Assembly (NCBI GenBank): GCA_016195715.1
Contig: JACPZA010000002.1
Coordinates: forward strand, 43,246-107,245
Direction: 5' to 3'
DNA length: 64,000 bases
From: Candidatus Daviesbacteria bacterium
Lineage (GTDB): Bacteria; Patescibacteriota; Microgenomatia; Daviesbacterales; UBA10151
Each line of letters begins with the position of its first letter. The stretch's first letter is position 1. Under the pieces are notes generated by a model. That model did no database searches. It was not told where the DNA came from and saw only the letters and a list, made by a program, of their open reading frames with translations. Positions 49,264-60,619 of the stretch are shown piece by piece. Made by a program: the position numbers and the translations under genes.

Positions 49264-50458
49264 GTTTTTCTTCTAGTCTTAATTTTAAATCATTTAAGAC
49301 ATTCATAAAACAAATAAATGCATCATAAGGAGATTCATAAGGGTTAAAATATTTATGAACATCACCATCGTTAAACCATTTAGTACACATATAATAAAAA
49401 TGATCAGAGGTTTGGAGTTTTCGCCAATCATCTAATAAGTTTTGATCTTTAGTTTGTTTAATTTTGCCTTCCAACTCATAGAGCTTTTTTAGACCATCTT
49501 CCTGCATTGAATTTGAAACCCAAGCTGATAAATCTCTTTCAATATCTGCCCATGAGATAAACTCGGGAATATCTAATTCTCCTCTAGCAGGATATTTTTT
49601 TAAAGCTTGCGTTGGAGTAACAAAGTTATTATCAGGGTTTTTTAAAATCTCCCCGGGCAAAGCCTTTAAAAATTCAAAAATCCCAGTATCTACCCATTGA
49701 TGTTCACCAAAAGTTTCATAATCCATAAATAAGTTTACTATCTCGCCACTGCCATTAATACTACTTATCCAACTAGCATACTTTGGCGCGGTTAGTGGAT
49801 ACTCCATCCAATCTTTTGAAGAAAAACGAAATGCAATATCATCTGAGAGTTTATAATTTTTAAGTAATAACTTAATTTTTTTTAAGTTCTTCGGGTGATA
49901 AAGAAAGTTTGGACTTTGCCAACCTAAAATTCGATCAACTCCTTCAGTTAAAATTCCAATATATCCCAAACTTTCAATTAGTTTAGCAAGATCATTGTTA
50001 TAAATTAGTTCAGTATTTCTAAAAACTTTTGGTCTTTGATTAAATATTTTTTTAATTTGTTTTTGATGAAGTTCAACTTGGGAGATAAATTCTGCTTGCG
50101 AATATAAAAAAGACAGTGAGTGATAATAAGTTTCGGCTAAAAATTCAACTTTTTTAGTAGCTGCTAAAGCTTGGAATGACTCAACTACCTCGGGTAAAAA
50201 TTTAGAAAATTGCTCAAGTAAAACTCCAGATATGGAAAAACTAATTTTAAAATCAGGATATTTTTTTAAAAGCTCAAGCAATAAATGATTAGTTGGTAAA
50301 TAAGATTTAGTTGCAACTTTTTTTAAAACTTGCAGATTATTTAAATTATTTTCACCCAGTTGATTAAAATAATTATGATCCAAGCCAATATCAAAAATTC
50401 GATATTTTTTAACCCGAAATGGTTGATGAACTTGAAAGTAAAAACAAATACTAGGCAT
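49256..50458 (-). CDS. GH57 alpha-amylase-family protein
   Basis: FQVHQP, ETYYHSL, FRNTELIY, MDYETFGEH, QTSDHFYYM. Confidence 0.95.
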   Translation of the reverse strand: MPSICFYFQVHQPFRVKKYRIFDIGLDHNYFNQLGENNLNNLQVLKKVATKSYLPTNHLLLELLKKYPDFKISFSISGVLLEQFSKFLPEVVESFQALAATKKVEFLAETYYHSLSFLYSQAEFISQVELHQKQIKKIFNQRPKVFRNTELIYNNDLAKLIESLGYIGILTEGVDRILGWQSPNFLYHPKNLKKIKLLLKNYKLSDDIAFRFSSKDWMEYPLTAPKYASWISSINGSGEIVNLFMDYETFGEHQWVDTGIFEFLKALPGEILKNPDNNFVTPTQALKKYPARGELDIPEFISWADIERDLSAWVSNSMQEDGLKKLYELEGKIKQTKDQNLLDDWRKLQTSDHFYYMCTKWFNDGDVHKYFNPYESPYDAFICFMNVLNDLKLRLEEKHA

Positions 50459-51647
50459 AACTATTTAACAAAACCTCCTTATAAAGCTCTATGCACTCAT
50501 TTGCAGCTTTGTTCCAGGTAAATTGCATAGCTTGCTTTTGACCGTTACTTGCCAGGCAAGACTTTAAAGAATTAAAATTTAAGACTGCTAAAATTTTATT
50601 GACCATTTCATCAACGTCCCAAAAATCAGTTTTTAATGCATGTGACAAAATTTCACTTACCCCTGATTGCTTGGAGATCAAAACCGGCGTTCCGTAAGCA
50701 AGCGATTCCAGAGTTGAAATTCCAAATGGCTCAGAAACTGATGGCATAATAAATAAATCTGCAGCCTGATAAATTTTAGCTAACATTTCACCTCTTAAAA
50801 AACCTACAAAAAATACTTTGTCTGAGATCCCTAAACTAGCAGTTTGTTGAATAATTTGGCCTTCCATATCTCCAGAGCCAGCAATAATAAAATAAACTTT
50901 TGGATAAAACTGCAAAACTTTTTGGGCAGCTTTCAAAAAATAATCCACCCCTTTTTGCAAAGTAATTCGACCAACAAACAAAACAATTTTTGCTCCATTT
51001 TGTTTTAGCTTACTTAAATCAAGCTCACTCTTATTTTCTATATGCTCTACTTTTTCTACACCATTGTGAATTACTTTGATTTTATCTGGACTAATTTCAT
51101 ATTGTTCAGTTATAATTTTTTTGGTGAAATTAGAAACTGCAATAATTTTATCTGCACTCTCTAAACCAATTTTTTCTATTTCATAAACTCTGGGATTAAT
51201 ATTTTTTCCTCCAGTTCGATCAAACTCTGTTGCATGAACGTGCACTATTAGTGGTTTTTTGCTGACTCTTTTTGCTTCAATTCCAGCTTGAAATGTTAAC
51301 CAATCATGAGCATGAATCAGATCAAACTCAGTACTTTTTGCTATTTCTCTAGCAAGTAAGCCATATTTATAAACTTGTGAAAATAGATCTCCATCAAATC
51401 CTAAAGCTTTTTTTTGTTTGTGGTCATCTGCAGTTATATAACCAGACATAAATTTAATATCTAGGTTAGTACTATCTGCAAAAATTATTTTAATAAAGTT
51501 TGATTCAATTGGAACTTTTTTTGGTAAAACAAAAGTTATCTGAAAATTTTTTTGACTTAGCGCTTTTGAGAGTCCATAACAAGCTACTCCTAATCCCCCA
51601 CTATTAAATGGTGGAAATTCCCAACCAAACATTAATACTTTAGTCAT
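50451..51647 (-). CDS. GT4 glycosyltransferase (glycogen synthase-like)
   Basis: MFGWEFPP..SGGLG, HAHDW, HVHATE.DR, EPFGI..LE. Confidence 0.93.
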   Translation of the reverse strand: MTKVLMFGWEFPPFNSGGLGVACYGLSKALSQKNFQITFVLPKKVPIESNFIKIIFADSTNLDIKFMSGYITADDHKQKKALGFDGDLFSQVYKYGLLAREIAKSTEFDLIHAHDWLTFQAGIEAKRVSKKPLIVHVHATEFDRTGGKNINPRVYEIEKIGLESADKIIAVSNFTKKIITEQYEISPDKIKVIHNGVEKVEHIENKSELDLSKLKQNGAKIVLFVGRITLQKGVDYFLKAAQKVLQFYPKVYFIIAGSGDMEGQIIQQTASLGISDKVFFVGFLRGEMLAKIYQAADLFIMPSVSEPFGISTLESLAYGTPVLISKQSGVSEILSHALKTDFWDVDEMVNKILAVLNFNSLKSCLASNGQKQAMQFTWNKAANECIELYKEVLLNSYA

Positions 51648-51754
51648 AATTATTAGATCATAAATTCCACTAAAAATCGGACAGAACTAAACTGCTTAAT
51701 TTAATTAAATATCGCTTGTTTTTTTAATTTTCTCAAACTAAGATAATTTAAACA

Positions 51755-53023
51755 ATGGGAAATAATGCTCTGAAAACAAAGTACATTCAAAAAGCAAAAG
51801 CGATATTTTTAGCTAATTTGATGCAGGGTTATTCGGCTTGGAAAAAAACTAACTATAAATATATTGCTCCAGCTAGCAAAGAATATATTTATCAGTGGCT
51901 CTGGGATAGCGCTTTTCATGCTATAGTTTTATCTCATTTTGATACTTCTTGGGCAAAAAGTGAGATTAGAAATTTTTTAATGGGTCAATGGCCAGATGGA
52001 TTTATTCCTCATGTTGTTTTTTGGGGAAATAAAAAAATCCTCCCTCACTGGGCTTATATTGAAAGCAAATTATCCATTAGACCAAGGACTACTGCATTAA
52101 CTCAACCTCCAGCATTAGCTTTAGCTGTTGAGGTAATTTATGAAAAAGACAAGGATAAAGATTTTCTAAGAGACGTATTGCCTAAATTAGCTAGACACCA
52201 TCGCTGGTTACTAGAAAATAGAGATATCGATAAGGATAATTTAATTTCTATAATCTCACCCAATGAATCTGGCATGGATGAGTCACCAGTTTTTCAATTT
52301 GTGGCCGGATTTTTAGCTCAAGATGCTGCCAGATTACACTATTATTATCGCAGAGGGGATTTTTTAAATCACCGCTTTCTTTTTAATTCTAAGTTAATTT
52401 TGGAAAAAGATTATTTTAACTGTGAAGAGTTAGTTTTTAATACTGTATTTATTCAAGCGAGTAGAAGTTTAGCTAAGTTATTTTTAGAAATTGGAGAAAT
52501 CTCTGAAGCTAAGTTTTTTGATGGTATTGCCCAAAAATCTGAAAATTCACTTCTAGAAAAATGTTGGGATGATAAAGATCAAATTTTTTATTCTATCTTT
52601 TCTAAAAATGAGAAAAAAGCTAAGGTTAAAACTGTTGCTAGTCTTATTCCATTATTTTTGGATGGAATAAGCAAAACCCAAGCTGATGCTTTGGTTAAAA
52701 AACATTTACTGAGCAAAAATGAATTTTGGACAAATTTTCCCATCCCCTCTGTTGCTAAAAATGAGATTTACTATACTCCAACTGAAACACCATTTTATAA
52801 AGTTAAACTACTTTGGCGAGGACCAACATGGATTAATACCAACTGGTTTGTAATCAAAGGGCTTAGGAAACATGGCTACGATGAAATTGCCGATCAGATT
52901 ATTGAAAAAACATGTCAGATGATTGAAAAATCTGGATTTAGGGAATATTACAATCCAGAAACAGGTGAAGGTTATAGACGATCAAACTTTGGCTGGTCAA
53001 CTTTAATCTTAGATCTTCTGTAA
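51755..53023 (+). CDS. GH63/MGH1-like glycoside hydrolase
   Basis: QWLWDSAFHAI, TQPP, ESGMDESP, WRGP.WINTNW, GFREYYNP..G.G. Confidence 0.9.
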   Translation: MGNNALKTKYIQKAKAIFLANLMQGYSAWKKTNYKYIAPASKEYIYQWLWDSAFHAIVLSHFDTSWAKSEIRNFLMGQWPDGFIPHVVFWGNKKILPHWAYIESKLSIRPRTTALTQPPALALAVEVIYEKDKDKDFLRDVLPKLARHHRWLLENRDIDKDNLISIISPNESGMDESPVFQFVAGFLAQDAARLHYYYRRGDFLNHRFLFNSKLILEKDYFNCEELVFNTVFIQASRSLAKLFLEIGEISEAKFFDGIAQKSENSLLEKCWDDKDQIFYSIFSKNEKKAKVKTVASLIPLFLDGISKTQADALVKKHLLSKNEFWTNFPIPSVAKNEIYYTPTETPFYKVKLLWRGPTWINTNWFVIKGLRKHGYDEIADQIIEKTCQMIEKSGFREYYNPETGEGYRRSNFGWSTLILDLL

Positions 53024-53076
53024 TTTTTAATTGACCAGACTTTAAGGGATTTGTTACCATGAATTGACTACTAAAT

Positions 53077-54591
53077 ATGAATCCTGTCCCAAAAACTCCT
53101 CATCAAGGCAATTTATTTTTAAAAATTGCTGTCGTAGTGATTATTACCAATTTAAGTTTGGCTTTGGGAATTATTTTTCACCTAAAACTTATTTTTACAT
53201 TGGCTATTTTAGCTGTTACATCAATTATTAATTTAGGAGTAATTTATACCTTTTTACTTCCATTAAAATCACTTCTTAAGTTTACAGTTAAATTTATTAA
53301 TGGTCAAACAAACGAAAGATTCAATATTCAAACTGGTGATGAGATTGAAGAACTAGCCTTAGCCTTTAGTCAAATTAATCAAAACTTAAGCCAAACTCTA
53401 ACTAAGACACTAAGGGAAAAAGATTTACTAGTTTCAGAAAAAAATAAATTAGCGACTATTATTTCATCAATTACCGATGGAATTATTGTTGTTGATCTAC
53501 ATAAAAAAATTATTTTAGCAAATCAATCCGCTTTAAATATTATTGGAATACCTGGAAATGAAGTTCTAAAGCAAAATCTAGAAGAGATTATTAAACTAAC
53601 TGATAAAACTGACCGGATTTTAACTAGTGATGAGTACTGTCCAATTAGCTTAACTCCATCAGATACTCCAAAAAAATTTAAACCTAACGAACCAGTTGTT
53701 TTAACTAATAAAGCTAACAAAAAATCCCAAATTCGCTTAACTAGCACTTCAGTTATTGGTAACACCCAAGCTGACTTAGGTTGTGTCTTAATTTTTCATG
53801 ATCTTACTCAAGAAACTGCGCTAGAAGCCATGCAAGTTGATTTTGTGTCAATGGCATCTCATGAACTAAGGACACCACTAACAAGTATTCTCGGTTATTT
53901 AAATGTTTTAGCTGAAGACGGTAAAAATAATTTTACAACCACACAAAAAGATTTTGTAAATAAAATTTTAACTGCTTCCCAACAATTAGCAGTCTTGGTT
54001 AATAATTTATTAAATGTTTCAAGGGTAGAAAGAGGGGCCTTTTCGATCTCATCACGTCCTTTGGATTGGGCCAAAACTTTAACCCAAGCAGTTGATGAAA
54101 ATAAACTTCAAGCAGCACAAAAAAATATCTCTCTAGAGCTAAATTTACCCCAAACTCTACCTTCGGTTTCTGCTGATCCAGTTAGAATGATGGAAGTTTT
54201 AAATAATTTAATCTCAAATGCAGTTAATTACACACCTGAAGGTGGTATAATTAAAATTGCAGCTAAAATAGGGAGTAATGAGGTTATTACTATGATTTCT
54301 GATAATGGTAAGGGCATACCTAAAGAAGCAATTCCTCATCTGTTTACTAAGTTTTTTAGAGTTACCTATGCTTTGGATACATCCAGCAATAGCAAAGGCA
54401 CAGGTTTAGGACTTTATTTGTCAAAATCTATTGTTGAGTTACATCATGGTAAAATCTGGGTTGAATCAGCAGGTATAAATAAGGGTTCAACCTTTTATTT
54501 TAGCTTGCCTATTTCAACTATCTCCAAATTACCATCAAATTTTCCTAATTTAAACTCTAAACCGCTAGATATTCCTCCAGTTTCTGCTTGA
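53077..54591 (+). CDS. Sensor histidine kinase (HAMP-PAS-HisKA-HATPase)
   Basis: ASHELRTPLT, NLISNA..Y, DNG.GI, GTGLGL. Confidence 0.96.
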   Translation: MNPVPKTPHQGNLFLKIAVVVIITNLSLALGIIFHLKLIFTLAILAVTSIINLGVIYTFLLPLKSLLKFTVKFINGQTNERFNIQTGDEIEELALAFSQINQNLSQTLTKTLREKDLLVSEKNKLATIISSITDGIIVVDLHKKIILANQSALNIIGIPGNEVLKQNLEEIIKLTDKTDRILTSDEYCPISLTPSDTPKKFKPNEPVVLTNKANKKSQIRLTSTSVIGNTQADLGCVLIFHDLTQETALEAMQVDFVSMASHELRTPLTSILGYLNVLAEDGKNNFTTTQKDFVNKILTASQQLAVLVNNLLNVSRVERGAFSISSRPLDWAKTLTQAVDENKLQAAQKNISLELNLPQTLPSVSADPVRMMEVLNNLISNAVNYTPEGGIIKIAAKIGSNEVITMISDNGKGIPKEAIPHLFTKFFRVTYALDTSSNSKGTGLGLYLSKSIVELHHGKIWVESAGINKGSTFYFSLPISTISKLPSNFPNLNSKPLDIPPVSA

Positions 54592-54637
54592 CAACTCTAC
54601 TTAAAACTAATAACTTTAAAAAAGGAGAAAATAAATT

Positions 54638-55069
54638 GTGGATCCTTTAGCAATTAACCCTCAAGCCAAGAGCAAAAAAATCTTAATCGTAGAGGATGAA
54701 AAACCAATAGCTGAGCTTTATCAGCTAGTTATTTCCAAAGCTGGTTTTCAGGTGAAGATTGCTCCAGATGGGGCAACCGGTTTACAGGTGTTAGAAGCAG
54801 AAAGCTTTGATATGCTGCTTCTTGATATCATGCTACCTGGGATTAACGGACTTGAGCTGCTAAGACAATTTAAATCTAAACACCCTGATTCACAAATGAT
54901 TGTTTTACTGCTCACAAACTTAGGACAAGATGCGGTTATTAAAGAAGCTTTTGAGCTTGGAGCCACTGGTTATTTAATTAAAGCCTCTCTTACCCCAAAT
55001 CAGGTTTTGACCGAAGTTAACAATGCCTTTGCTGGAAAACAATCTGAATCTTGGGTTAAACCTGTTTAA
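54638..55069 (+). CDS. Single-domain response regulator receiver
   Basis: KILIVEDE, LLDIMLP, LTN, YLIK. Confidence 0.93.
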   Translation: MDPLAINPQAKSKKILIVEDEKPIAELYQLVISKAGFQVKIAPDGATGLQVLEAESFDMLLLDIMLPGINGLELLRQFKSKHPDSQMIVLLLTNLGQDAVIKEAFELGATGYLIKASLTPNQVLTEVNNAFAGKQSESWVKPV

Positions 55070-55071
55070 TA

Positions 55072-55242
55072 TCAGTACCCAGAACTAGATTGGACCTGGC
55101 TGGGAGAACTGCTTGATCCATAGTTATAACTACCATTTTTAGCAAACACAAAATAATATACTAGAAAATAAATTACCCCGCCAATCACTGCATAAATTAA
55201 AATCCACTGCCAAAGTGGACGCTTTCCATAATAGTTTGCCAT
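55072..55242 (-). CDS. 56-aa single-TM membrane protein (absent from ORF track)
   Basis: MANYYGKRPLWQWILIYAVIGGVIYFLVYYFVFAKNGSYNYGSSSSPSQVQSSSGY*; own promoter TTGACA-N18-TAGACT. Confidence 0.75.
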   Translation of the reverse strand: MANYYGKRPLWQWILIYAVIGGVIYFLVYYFVFAKNGSYNYGSSSSPSQVQSSSGY

Positions 55243-55313
55243 TAACTTTAGTCTAAATATTTAAATTACTTGCTGTCAAGAGGATATCTGTAAGAAAAGG
55301 TTAATAAAGAAAA

Positions 55314-55598
55314 CTAATTAGTAATAACGCTATCAGGGGTTTGTAAACTCTGAGAAGTCACTTTTTCTGAAAGCAACTGGAAACGTCGATAAACTTCGAC
55401 CACTTCTTTGAGTTCTGGGGAACTTTCTAATCTCAAGCTAAGTCCTTCTTGAGCTAAAGTGGCTACGGCAGTTGTTCGACTACGAAATACTCCCCCTGCA
55501 ATTAAAGCATCAATTGCAGTTGATACATCTGGTGATAAACTTCTACAAAGTATTGGTTTGGGTAATCGAGAACTAAGGTTTTTTGCTATCTCTACCAT
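55314..55598 (-). CDS. Ribbon-helix-helix-like DNA-binding protein
   Basis: L...V..AIDALI..G.FRSR..AVA.L..EGL; 11 nt downstream of hppA. Confidence 0.6.
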   Translation of the reverse strand: MVEIAKNLSSRLPKPILCRSLSPDVSTAIDALIAGGVFRSRTTAVATLAQEGLSLRLESSPELKEVVEVYRRFQLLSEKVTSQSLQTPDSVITN

Positions 55599-55609
55599 TA
55601 GAATAAATA

Positions 55610-57592
55610 TTAACGCAAAAAAGAAACAAGCAATAATGCGACAATATTAGCAACTTTGATCATGGGATTGATTGCCGGTCCGGCCGTGTCTTTATATGGA
55701 TCGCCAACTGTATCACCAGTTACAGCTGCTTGGTGCGCAAAACTACCTTTTCCACCAAAATTTCCAGCTTCAATATATTTTTTAGCATTATCCCAAGCAG
55801 CACCGCCTGTAGTCATGGAAATTGCCACAAAAAGCCCAGTCACTATTGTTCCAACTAACATTCCACCTAAAGCAAGTGGACCTAAAGTTAAACCCACAAT
55901 AATTGGGGCTGCAACTGGAATAATCGCTGGAAGTAACATATTTTTCTGAGCTGAAGCTGTCACAATTGATACACACCTTCCGTAATCTGGTTTAGCAGTT
56001 CCCTCCATAATACCTTTAATCTTTTTAAATTGGCGTCTAACTTCTTCAACCACTGCAGCTCCAGCTTTACCAACTGCTTCCATAGCTAAAGAGGCAAATA
56101 GATATGGCAGCGCTCCGCCAATAAATAATCCTACAATCACCTTAGGATCAGATAGAGCAAAAACTACATTACTACCCAATTCTTGTGAATAAGCTGAAAA
56201 TAAAACTAGCGCAGCTAAACCAGCTGAGGCAATTGCATAACCTTTAGTCACAGCTTTGGTGGTATTACCAACAGCATCCAGCGGATCAGTCACATTTCTA
56301 ACTTTAGCAGGTAACCCAGCCATTTCTGCAATTCCTCCAGCATTATCAGTGATTGGTCCAAAGGCATCAATTGCGACCACTATCCCAGTTAGAGAAAGCA
56401 TAGAAACAGCAGCTAAAGCTATTCCAAAAAGTCCAGCTAGAGAGTAAGAAATTAAAGTTGCAGCAGAGATTAAAATAATTGGCGCAAAAGTAGCTTGCAT
56501 TGATAGCGCTAAACCTGCTATAACATTTGTTCCGTGTCCAGTTTTTGAAGCGGCAGCCAGTAATTTAACTGGATTAAATTTGCTTCCAGTATAATACTCT
56601 GTAATAATCATCATTCCAGCTGTAACCAGTAATCCAATTAATGTAGCAAAAAATAAATTCATTGTAGAATAAACTCCATTATCTCCCATCAAATAATTTG
56701 TAACTACATAAAAAAGTCCTGCTGAAAGAATAGTTGTAACAATTAACCCTTGATATAAAGCTCTCATTATTTTTTTATCTGTCAATTTAACAAACATGCT
56801 TCCAATAATGGAAGCAAATACTGCAACAGCCATTAAACTTAAAGGGAAATTAACAACATTCAAAGATACGGGAAATATAAGTTGTCCAAGTAAAATTGCC
56901 GCAATAATAGTTACAACATAAGTTTCAAACACATCTGCAGCCATTCCAGCATCATCTCCAACATTATCTCCAACTAAATCTGCAATCACCCCTGGGTTTC
57001 TGGGGTCATCTTCTGGAATACCAGCTTCAACTTTGCCTACCATATCAGTTCCCACATCCGCTCCTTTGGTATAAATCCCTCCACCTAAGCGGGCAAAAAC
57101 AGAAATTAAAGATCCACCAAAACCCAAAGAAATTAAAGCTTTAATATCTCCTGTATACTGATAAAACCCATAGACAGCAGCTAGCGCTAAACCAACCACC
57201 AAAAATCCAGTCACAGCTCCACCTTTATAAGCTACGTCAAATGCACTAGAGAGTCCTTTTTTTGCAGCCTCTGCACATCTAATATTGGCTCTAACTGCAA
57301 TTGACATACCAATTAAGCCAGCTAAAGCAGAAGAAATTGCGCCAATTAAAAATCCTAAAGCACTGTTAAAACCAATTGCTTGATAAATTAAAGAAGAAAT
57401 AACCAAAGCAACAATTCCCACAACCACATATTGTCTTATTAAATAAGCTGCTGCACCTTGCTGGATCGCTGTTGCAATCTCCCTCATTTTTTCATCACCA
57501 GTCGGTAGCCTTAAAATTAAAGCAGATAAAACTATTCCATATAGAGTTGCAGCTCCTGCTGCTCCCCATATTAAAATATTTATTAGGTCCAT
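55610..57592 (-). CDS. hppA: Membrane H+-translocating pyrophosphatase, K+-independent type
   Basis: [33 protein letters not shown] (Lys marks K+-independent enzymes), [14 protein letters not shown]. Confidence 0.96.
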   Translation of the reverse strand: MDLINILIWGAAGAATLYGIVLSALILRLPTGDEKMREIATAIQQGAAAYLIRQYVVVGIVALVISSLIYQAIGFNSALGFLIGAISSALAGLIGMSIAVRANIRCAEAAKKGLSSAFDVAYKGGAVTGFLVVGLALAAVYGFYQYTGDIKALISLGFGGSLISVFARLGGGIYTKGADVGTDMVGKVEAGIPEDDPRNPGVIADLVGDNVGDDAGMAADVFETYVVTIIAAILLGQLIFPVSLNVVNFPLSLMAVAVFASIIGSMFVKLTDKKIMRALYQGLIVTTILSAGLFYVVTNYLMGDNGVYSTMNLFFATLIGLLVTAGMMIITEYYTGSKFNPVKLLAAASKTGHGTNVIAGLALSMQATFAPIILISAATLISYSLAGLFGIALAAVSMLSLTGIVVAIDAFGPITDNAGGIAEMAGLPAKVRNVTDPLDAVGNTTKAVTKGYAIASAGLAALVLFSAYSQELGSNVVFALSDPKVIVGLFIGGALPYLFASLAMEAVGKAGAAVVEEVRRQFKKIKGIMEGTAKPDYGRCVSIVTASAQKNMLLPAIIPVAAPIIVGLTLGPLALGGMLVGTIVTGLFVAISMTTGGAAWDNAKKYIEAGNFGGKGSFAHQAAVTGDTVGDPYKDTAGPAINPMIKVANIVALLLVSFLR

Positions 57593-57697
57593 AAGTTAAA
57601 ATATAAAGAAAATTTACCTATTTGGGAAGTGAGCAATAATCCCAATTTCTGAATTTACACTATGAGCTGACTATTAGTCAAGAAGGAGATTGCGAGA

Positions 57698-57745
57698 TTA
57701 GCTTACACCTTGGAGGTGTATTTAGGTTTACACCTTGGGGTTTCA
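57698..57745 (+). repeat. Tandem pair of REP-like hairpins related to the RAYT flanks
   Basis: TAGCT-TACACCT-TGG-AGGTGTA and TAGGTT-TACACCTTGGGGTTTCA. Confidence 0.65.
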
Positions 57746-57753
57746 GAAGAAAT

Positions 57754-60186
57754 TTATGCTAAGGCAGGGCGTGGGACCATGGGAACTCTTTTTGGAGTAT
57801 TAGCAGTGGGGGGATGAACTAAAGCGACTTTTAAAACATCATCCATGTGTTTAACAAACACAAACCTTAAATCTTTTCTAATAAACTCTGGAATATCTTC
57901 TAAATCTTTTCGATTATTTTCAGGAGCTATCACAGTGCTTACTCCAGCTCGATGAGCTGCCAAAACTTTTTCTTTCAAACCCCCAATTTCTAAAACCCTA
58001 CCTCTTAGTGTAATCTCTCCAGTCATAGCCACATCTTTTCTAACTGGGATTTTAGTAAAAGCAGAAATTATAGCAGTAGTTAAAGGAATACCCGCTGATG
58101 GACCATCTTTTGGCACAGCCCCTTCTGGAACATGAATGTGAACATCAACTTTTTGGAAAAATTTCTCTGGTAAATTTAGCGTACTCCAGTTTGCCCTGAC
58201 ATAACTCATCGCAGCTTGAGCTGACTCTTTCATCACATCACCCAATTGTCCAGTTAATTGAACTGAACCTTTGCCTGGCATTAAAGTGACTTCAATAAAT
58301 AAGACATCTCCCCCAGCTTCAGTCACAGCTAAACCAGTTGACGCTCCGACCATATCTTCAATTTCTGCAAGTTGAGGCAAAAATTTAATTGGGCCAAGTA
58401 ATTTTTCAACTTCTTTGGGGGTAATTTTAAAGCTTTTGGTTTTACTCTGCCAGGCAGAGGAGCTTTTTTCATCACCTTCTGCAACTTTTCTGGCGATTTT
58501 TCTAAAAACGCCTGATAACTCTCTTTCTAAACTTCTGACTCCAGCTTCTCTGGTATAGGATTCAATTACATGTCTAACAGCTTCATCTTCAAATTGAACT
58601 TGACTATCTTTTAAGCCATGGGTTTTAATAATTTTTGGGATCAAAAACTTTTTGGCGATATGAAACTTTTCATCTTGAGTATAGCCTGGGTAGCGAATAA
58701 CTTCTAATCTATCTCTTAGTGCTGGTGGAATAGTATCTAAAATATTAGCTGTAGTAATAAATAACACATTTGATAAATCATATGACACTTCTAGATAATG
58801 ATCTGAAAATGAATTATTTTGCTCAGGATCTAGCGCTTCAAGTAAAGCAGCTGATGGATCACCCCTGTAATCTGCACCAATTTTATCAATCTCATCTAAC
58901 ATAAAAACTGGATTAGTAGTTCCAGCTTGTTTAATCCCTTGGATAATTCGACCAGGCATGGAGCCAACATAAGTTCTTCTATGTCCTCTAATCTCTGCTT
59001 CATCTCTAATACCACCAAGAGAAACTTTTACAAATTTTCTGCCCACAGCTCTAGCTATAGATTTACCAATAGAAGTCTTACCAACTCCAGGAGGTCCAAC
59101 AAAACAAATTATCGGACCCTTAACTTTTCCAGAAAGTTTATGGACTGCTAAATACTCTAAAATTCTCTCTTTTACCTTCATTAAACCATAATGATCTTCA
59201 TCTAAAATTGTAGCTGCCTTTTTAAGGTCAACTTTAACGCCAGAAAGAGCTTTCCATGGTAGATCTGTTAGCCATTCTAAATAATTTCTAATATAAGCAG
59301 CTTCTGGGTTATAAGATGACATTTTTGCCAGGCGAGAAAGCTCTTTACTGGCTTTTTCCCTAACATCTTTGGGCATATTAGCTTTGCGGATTTTTAATTC
59401 AAATTCCTTAATTTCTTGATTTTCACCAGATTCACCTAATTCTTCTTCAATCGATCGCATCTGTTCTCGCAAAATTGCTTCTTTGGTCATTTTGGAAACT
59501 CGCTCTTGAGTATGTGAGGAAATTTTTTGATAGATTTCTAAAACTCGAATCTCTTTAGCCAGTAAATCTGATACCCGACGAAGCCTTTCAACTGCAGAAA
59601 CCATCTCTAAAATTTGTTGTTTATCAATAGTTTTAAAATCAATTGCTTGGCAAATTAAATTAACTAGTTGATTTGGATCATCATTTGAAGAGATCATTGA
59701 CCAATTAGACAGCGTATTTGGATCAAAAAGTGGATTTCCACCTAATTCTAAGTAACGTTTGAGTTGAGATTTAACTGTCCGCACCATCGCTTCAGTTTCT
59801 TCATTTTTTTCATAAAGTTCTGGAATCTCCTCAATCTCTGCTTCAAAGTAAGGATCAGTTTGAATAAAATTTTTGAGAAAAACTCGTACCAATCCTTCAG
59901 CAGTGACAGTATATTCACCGTCAATTTTGATTAATCGCCTAAGTAAACAAACTGTTCCAACAGAATATAGATCACCTTCTTTAGGTTCTTCAATCCGTTC
60001 ATTTTTTTGAGTTACAAAGACAATTAGCCGATCAGTTGCCCAAGCGCTGTCTAGCGCTAACTTAGATTTAGTTCGACCTGAAACAATTGGAATACTATTT
60101 CCAGGAAAAATTACAGTCCCCCTAAGTAAACCAACTGGCATACTTGGGCGAAGTTTTATTGGGTTTGAAATTGGATCAATTGCCAT
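57754..60186 (-). CDS. lon: Lon protease
   Basis: [36 protein letters not shown]; ATG 60186 preferred because the ORF-track start lies in the promoter. Confidence 0.98.
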   Translation of the reverse strand: MAIDPISNPIKLRPSMPVGLLRGTVIFPGNSIPIVSGRTKSKLALDSAWATDRLIVFVTQKNERIEEPKEGDLYSVGTVCLLRRLIKIDGEYTVTAEGLVRVFLKNFIQTDPYFEAEIEEIPELYEKNEETEAMVRTVKSQLKRYLELGGNPLFDPNTLSNWSMISSNDDPNQLVNLICQAIDFKTIDKQQILEMVSAVERLRRVSDLLAKEIRVLEIYQKISSHTQERVSKMTKEAILREQMRSIEEELGESGENQEIKEFELKIRKANMPKDVREKASKELSRLAKMSSYNPEAAYIRNYLEWLTDLPWKALSGVKVDLKKAATILDEDHYGLMKVKERILEYLAVHKLSGKVKGPIICFVGPPGVGKTSIGKSIARAVGRKFVKVSLGGIRDEAEIRGHRRTYVGSMPGRIIQGIKQAGTTNPVFMLDEIDKIGADYRGDPSAALLEALDPEQNNSFSDHYLEVSYDLSNVLFITTANILDTIPPALRDRLEVIRYPGYTQDEKFHIAKKFLIPKIIKTHGLKDSQVQFEDEAVRHVIESYTREAGVRSLERELSGVFRKIARKVAEGDEKSSSAWQSKTKSFKITPKEVEKLLGPIKFLPQLAEIEDMVGASTGLAVTEAGGDVLFIEVTLMPGKGSVQLTGQLGDVMKESAQAAMSYVRANWSTLNLPEKFFQKVDVHIHVPEGAVPKDGPSAGIPLTTAIISAFTKIPVRKDVAMTGEITLRGRVLEIGGLKEKVLAAHRAGVSTVIAPENNRKDLEDIPEFIRKDLRFVFVKHMDDVLKVALVHPPTANTPKRVPMVPRPALA

Positions 60187-60191
60187 TAGAT

Positions 60192-60228
60192 TTAGCAGTA
60201 ATATAACATGAGTGCTAACTACTGTCAA
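60192..60228 (-). promoter_or_regulatory. lon promoter with CIRCE (HrcA) operator
   Basis: TTAGCACTC-N9-TACTGCTAA overlapping TTGACA-N17-TATATT. Confidence 0.85.
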
Positions 60229-60322
60229 CCCCCTAATTTAAGTTTAAAATTTAAATAAACACTAAAGTTATTAAACAAAACCATTGTAATAAGTAGTTAA
60301 TAAAGATAAAAGAATTGGGTCA

Positions 60323-60619
60323 CTAAATAACTCTTCTACCAGATAATCTTCCTAATCCTTTGCCAAGTAACCTCAATCCAAAGAAAGTCGAGGCAGCAGG
60401 TATTGCTATAAGTCCTAGTTGAACTAATATCGGACCTAGCTCAAGAGGTGGGTAAAATCTTTCATTGCAAATTGCTCCTAAAACATTAACTCCAAAATAT
60501 GTTAGTGGTAAACTAGCAGCTATCTCTATTGCTCCTCTGACTCTATCTGCTAAAGGATGCGATTTAGCTTCACCTCCAGAATGTCTTACTATATTAGTTT
60601 CTTTTTCCAGAGTATTCAT
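60323..60619 (-). CDS. Small two-TM hypothetical protein
   Basis: Start overlaps the upstream stop; two hydrophobic segments. Confidence 0.6.
   Translation of the reverse strand: MNTLEKETNIVRHSGGEAKSHPLADRVRGAIEIAASLPLTYFGVNVLGAICNERFYPPLELGPILVQLGLIAIPAASTFFGLRLLGKGLGRLSGRRVI

Noticed and set aside
57698-57745. Mini CRISPR array
   Set aside because: Only two short degenerate hairpins about 8 nt apart and no cas genes; better explained as REPs
60229-60322. Possible hydrophobic gene-tail remnant upstream of lon
   Set aside because: T-rich intergenic DNA yields such peptides by chance; no family recognisable
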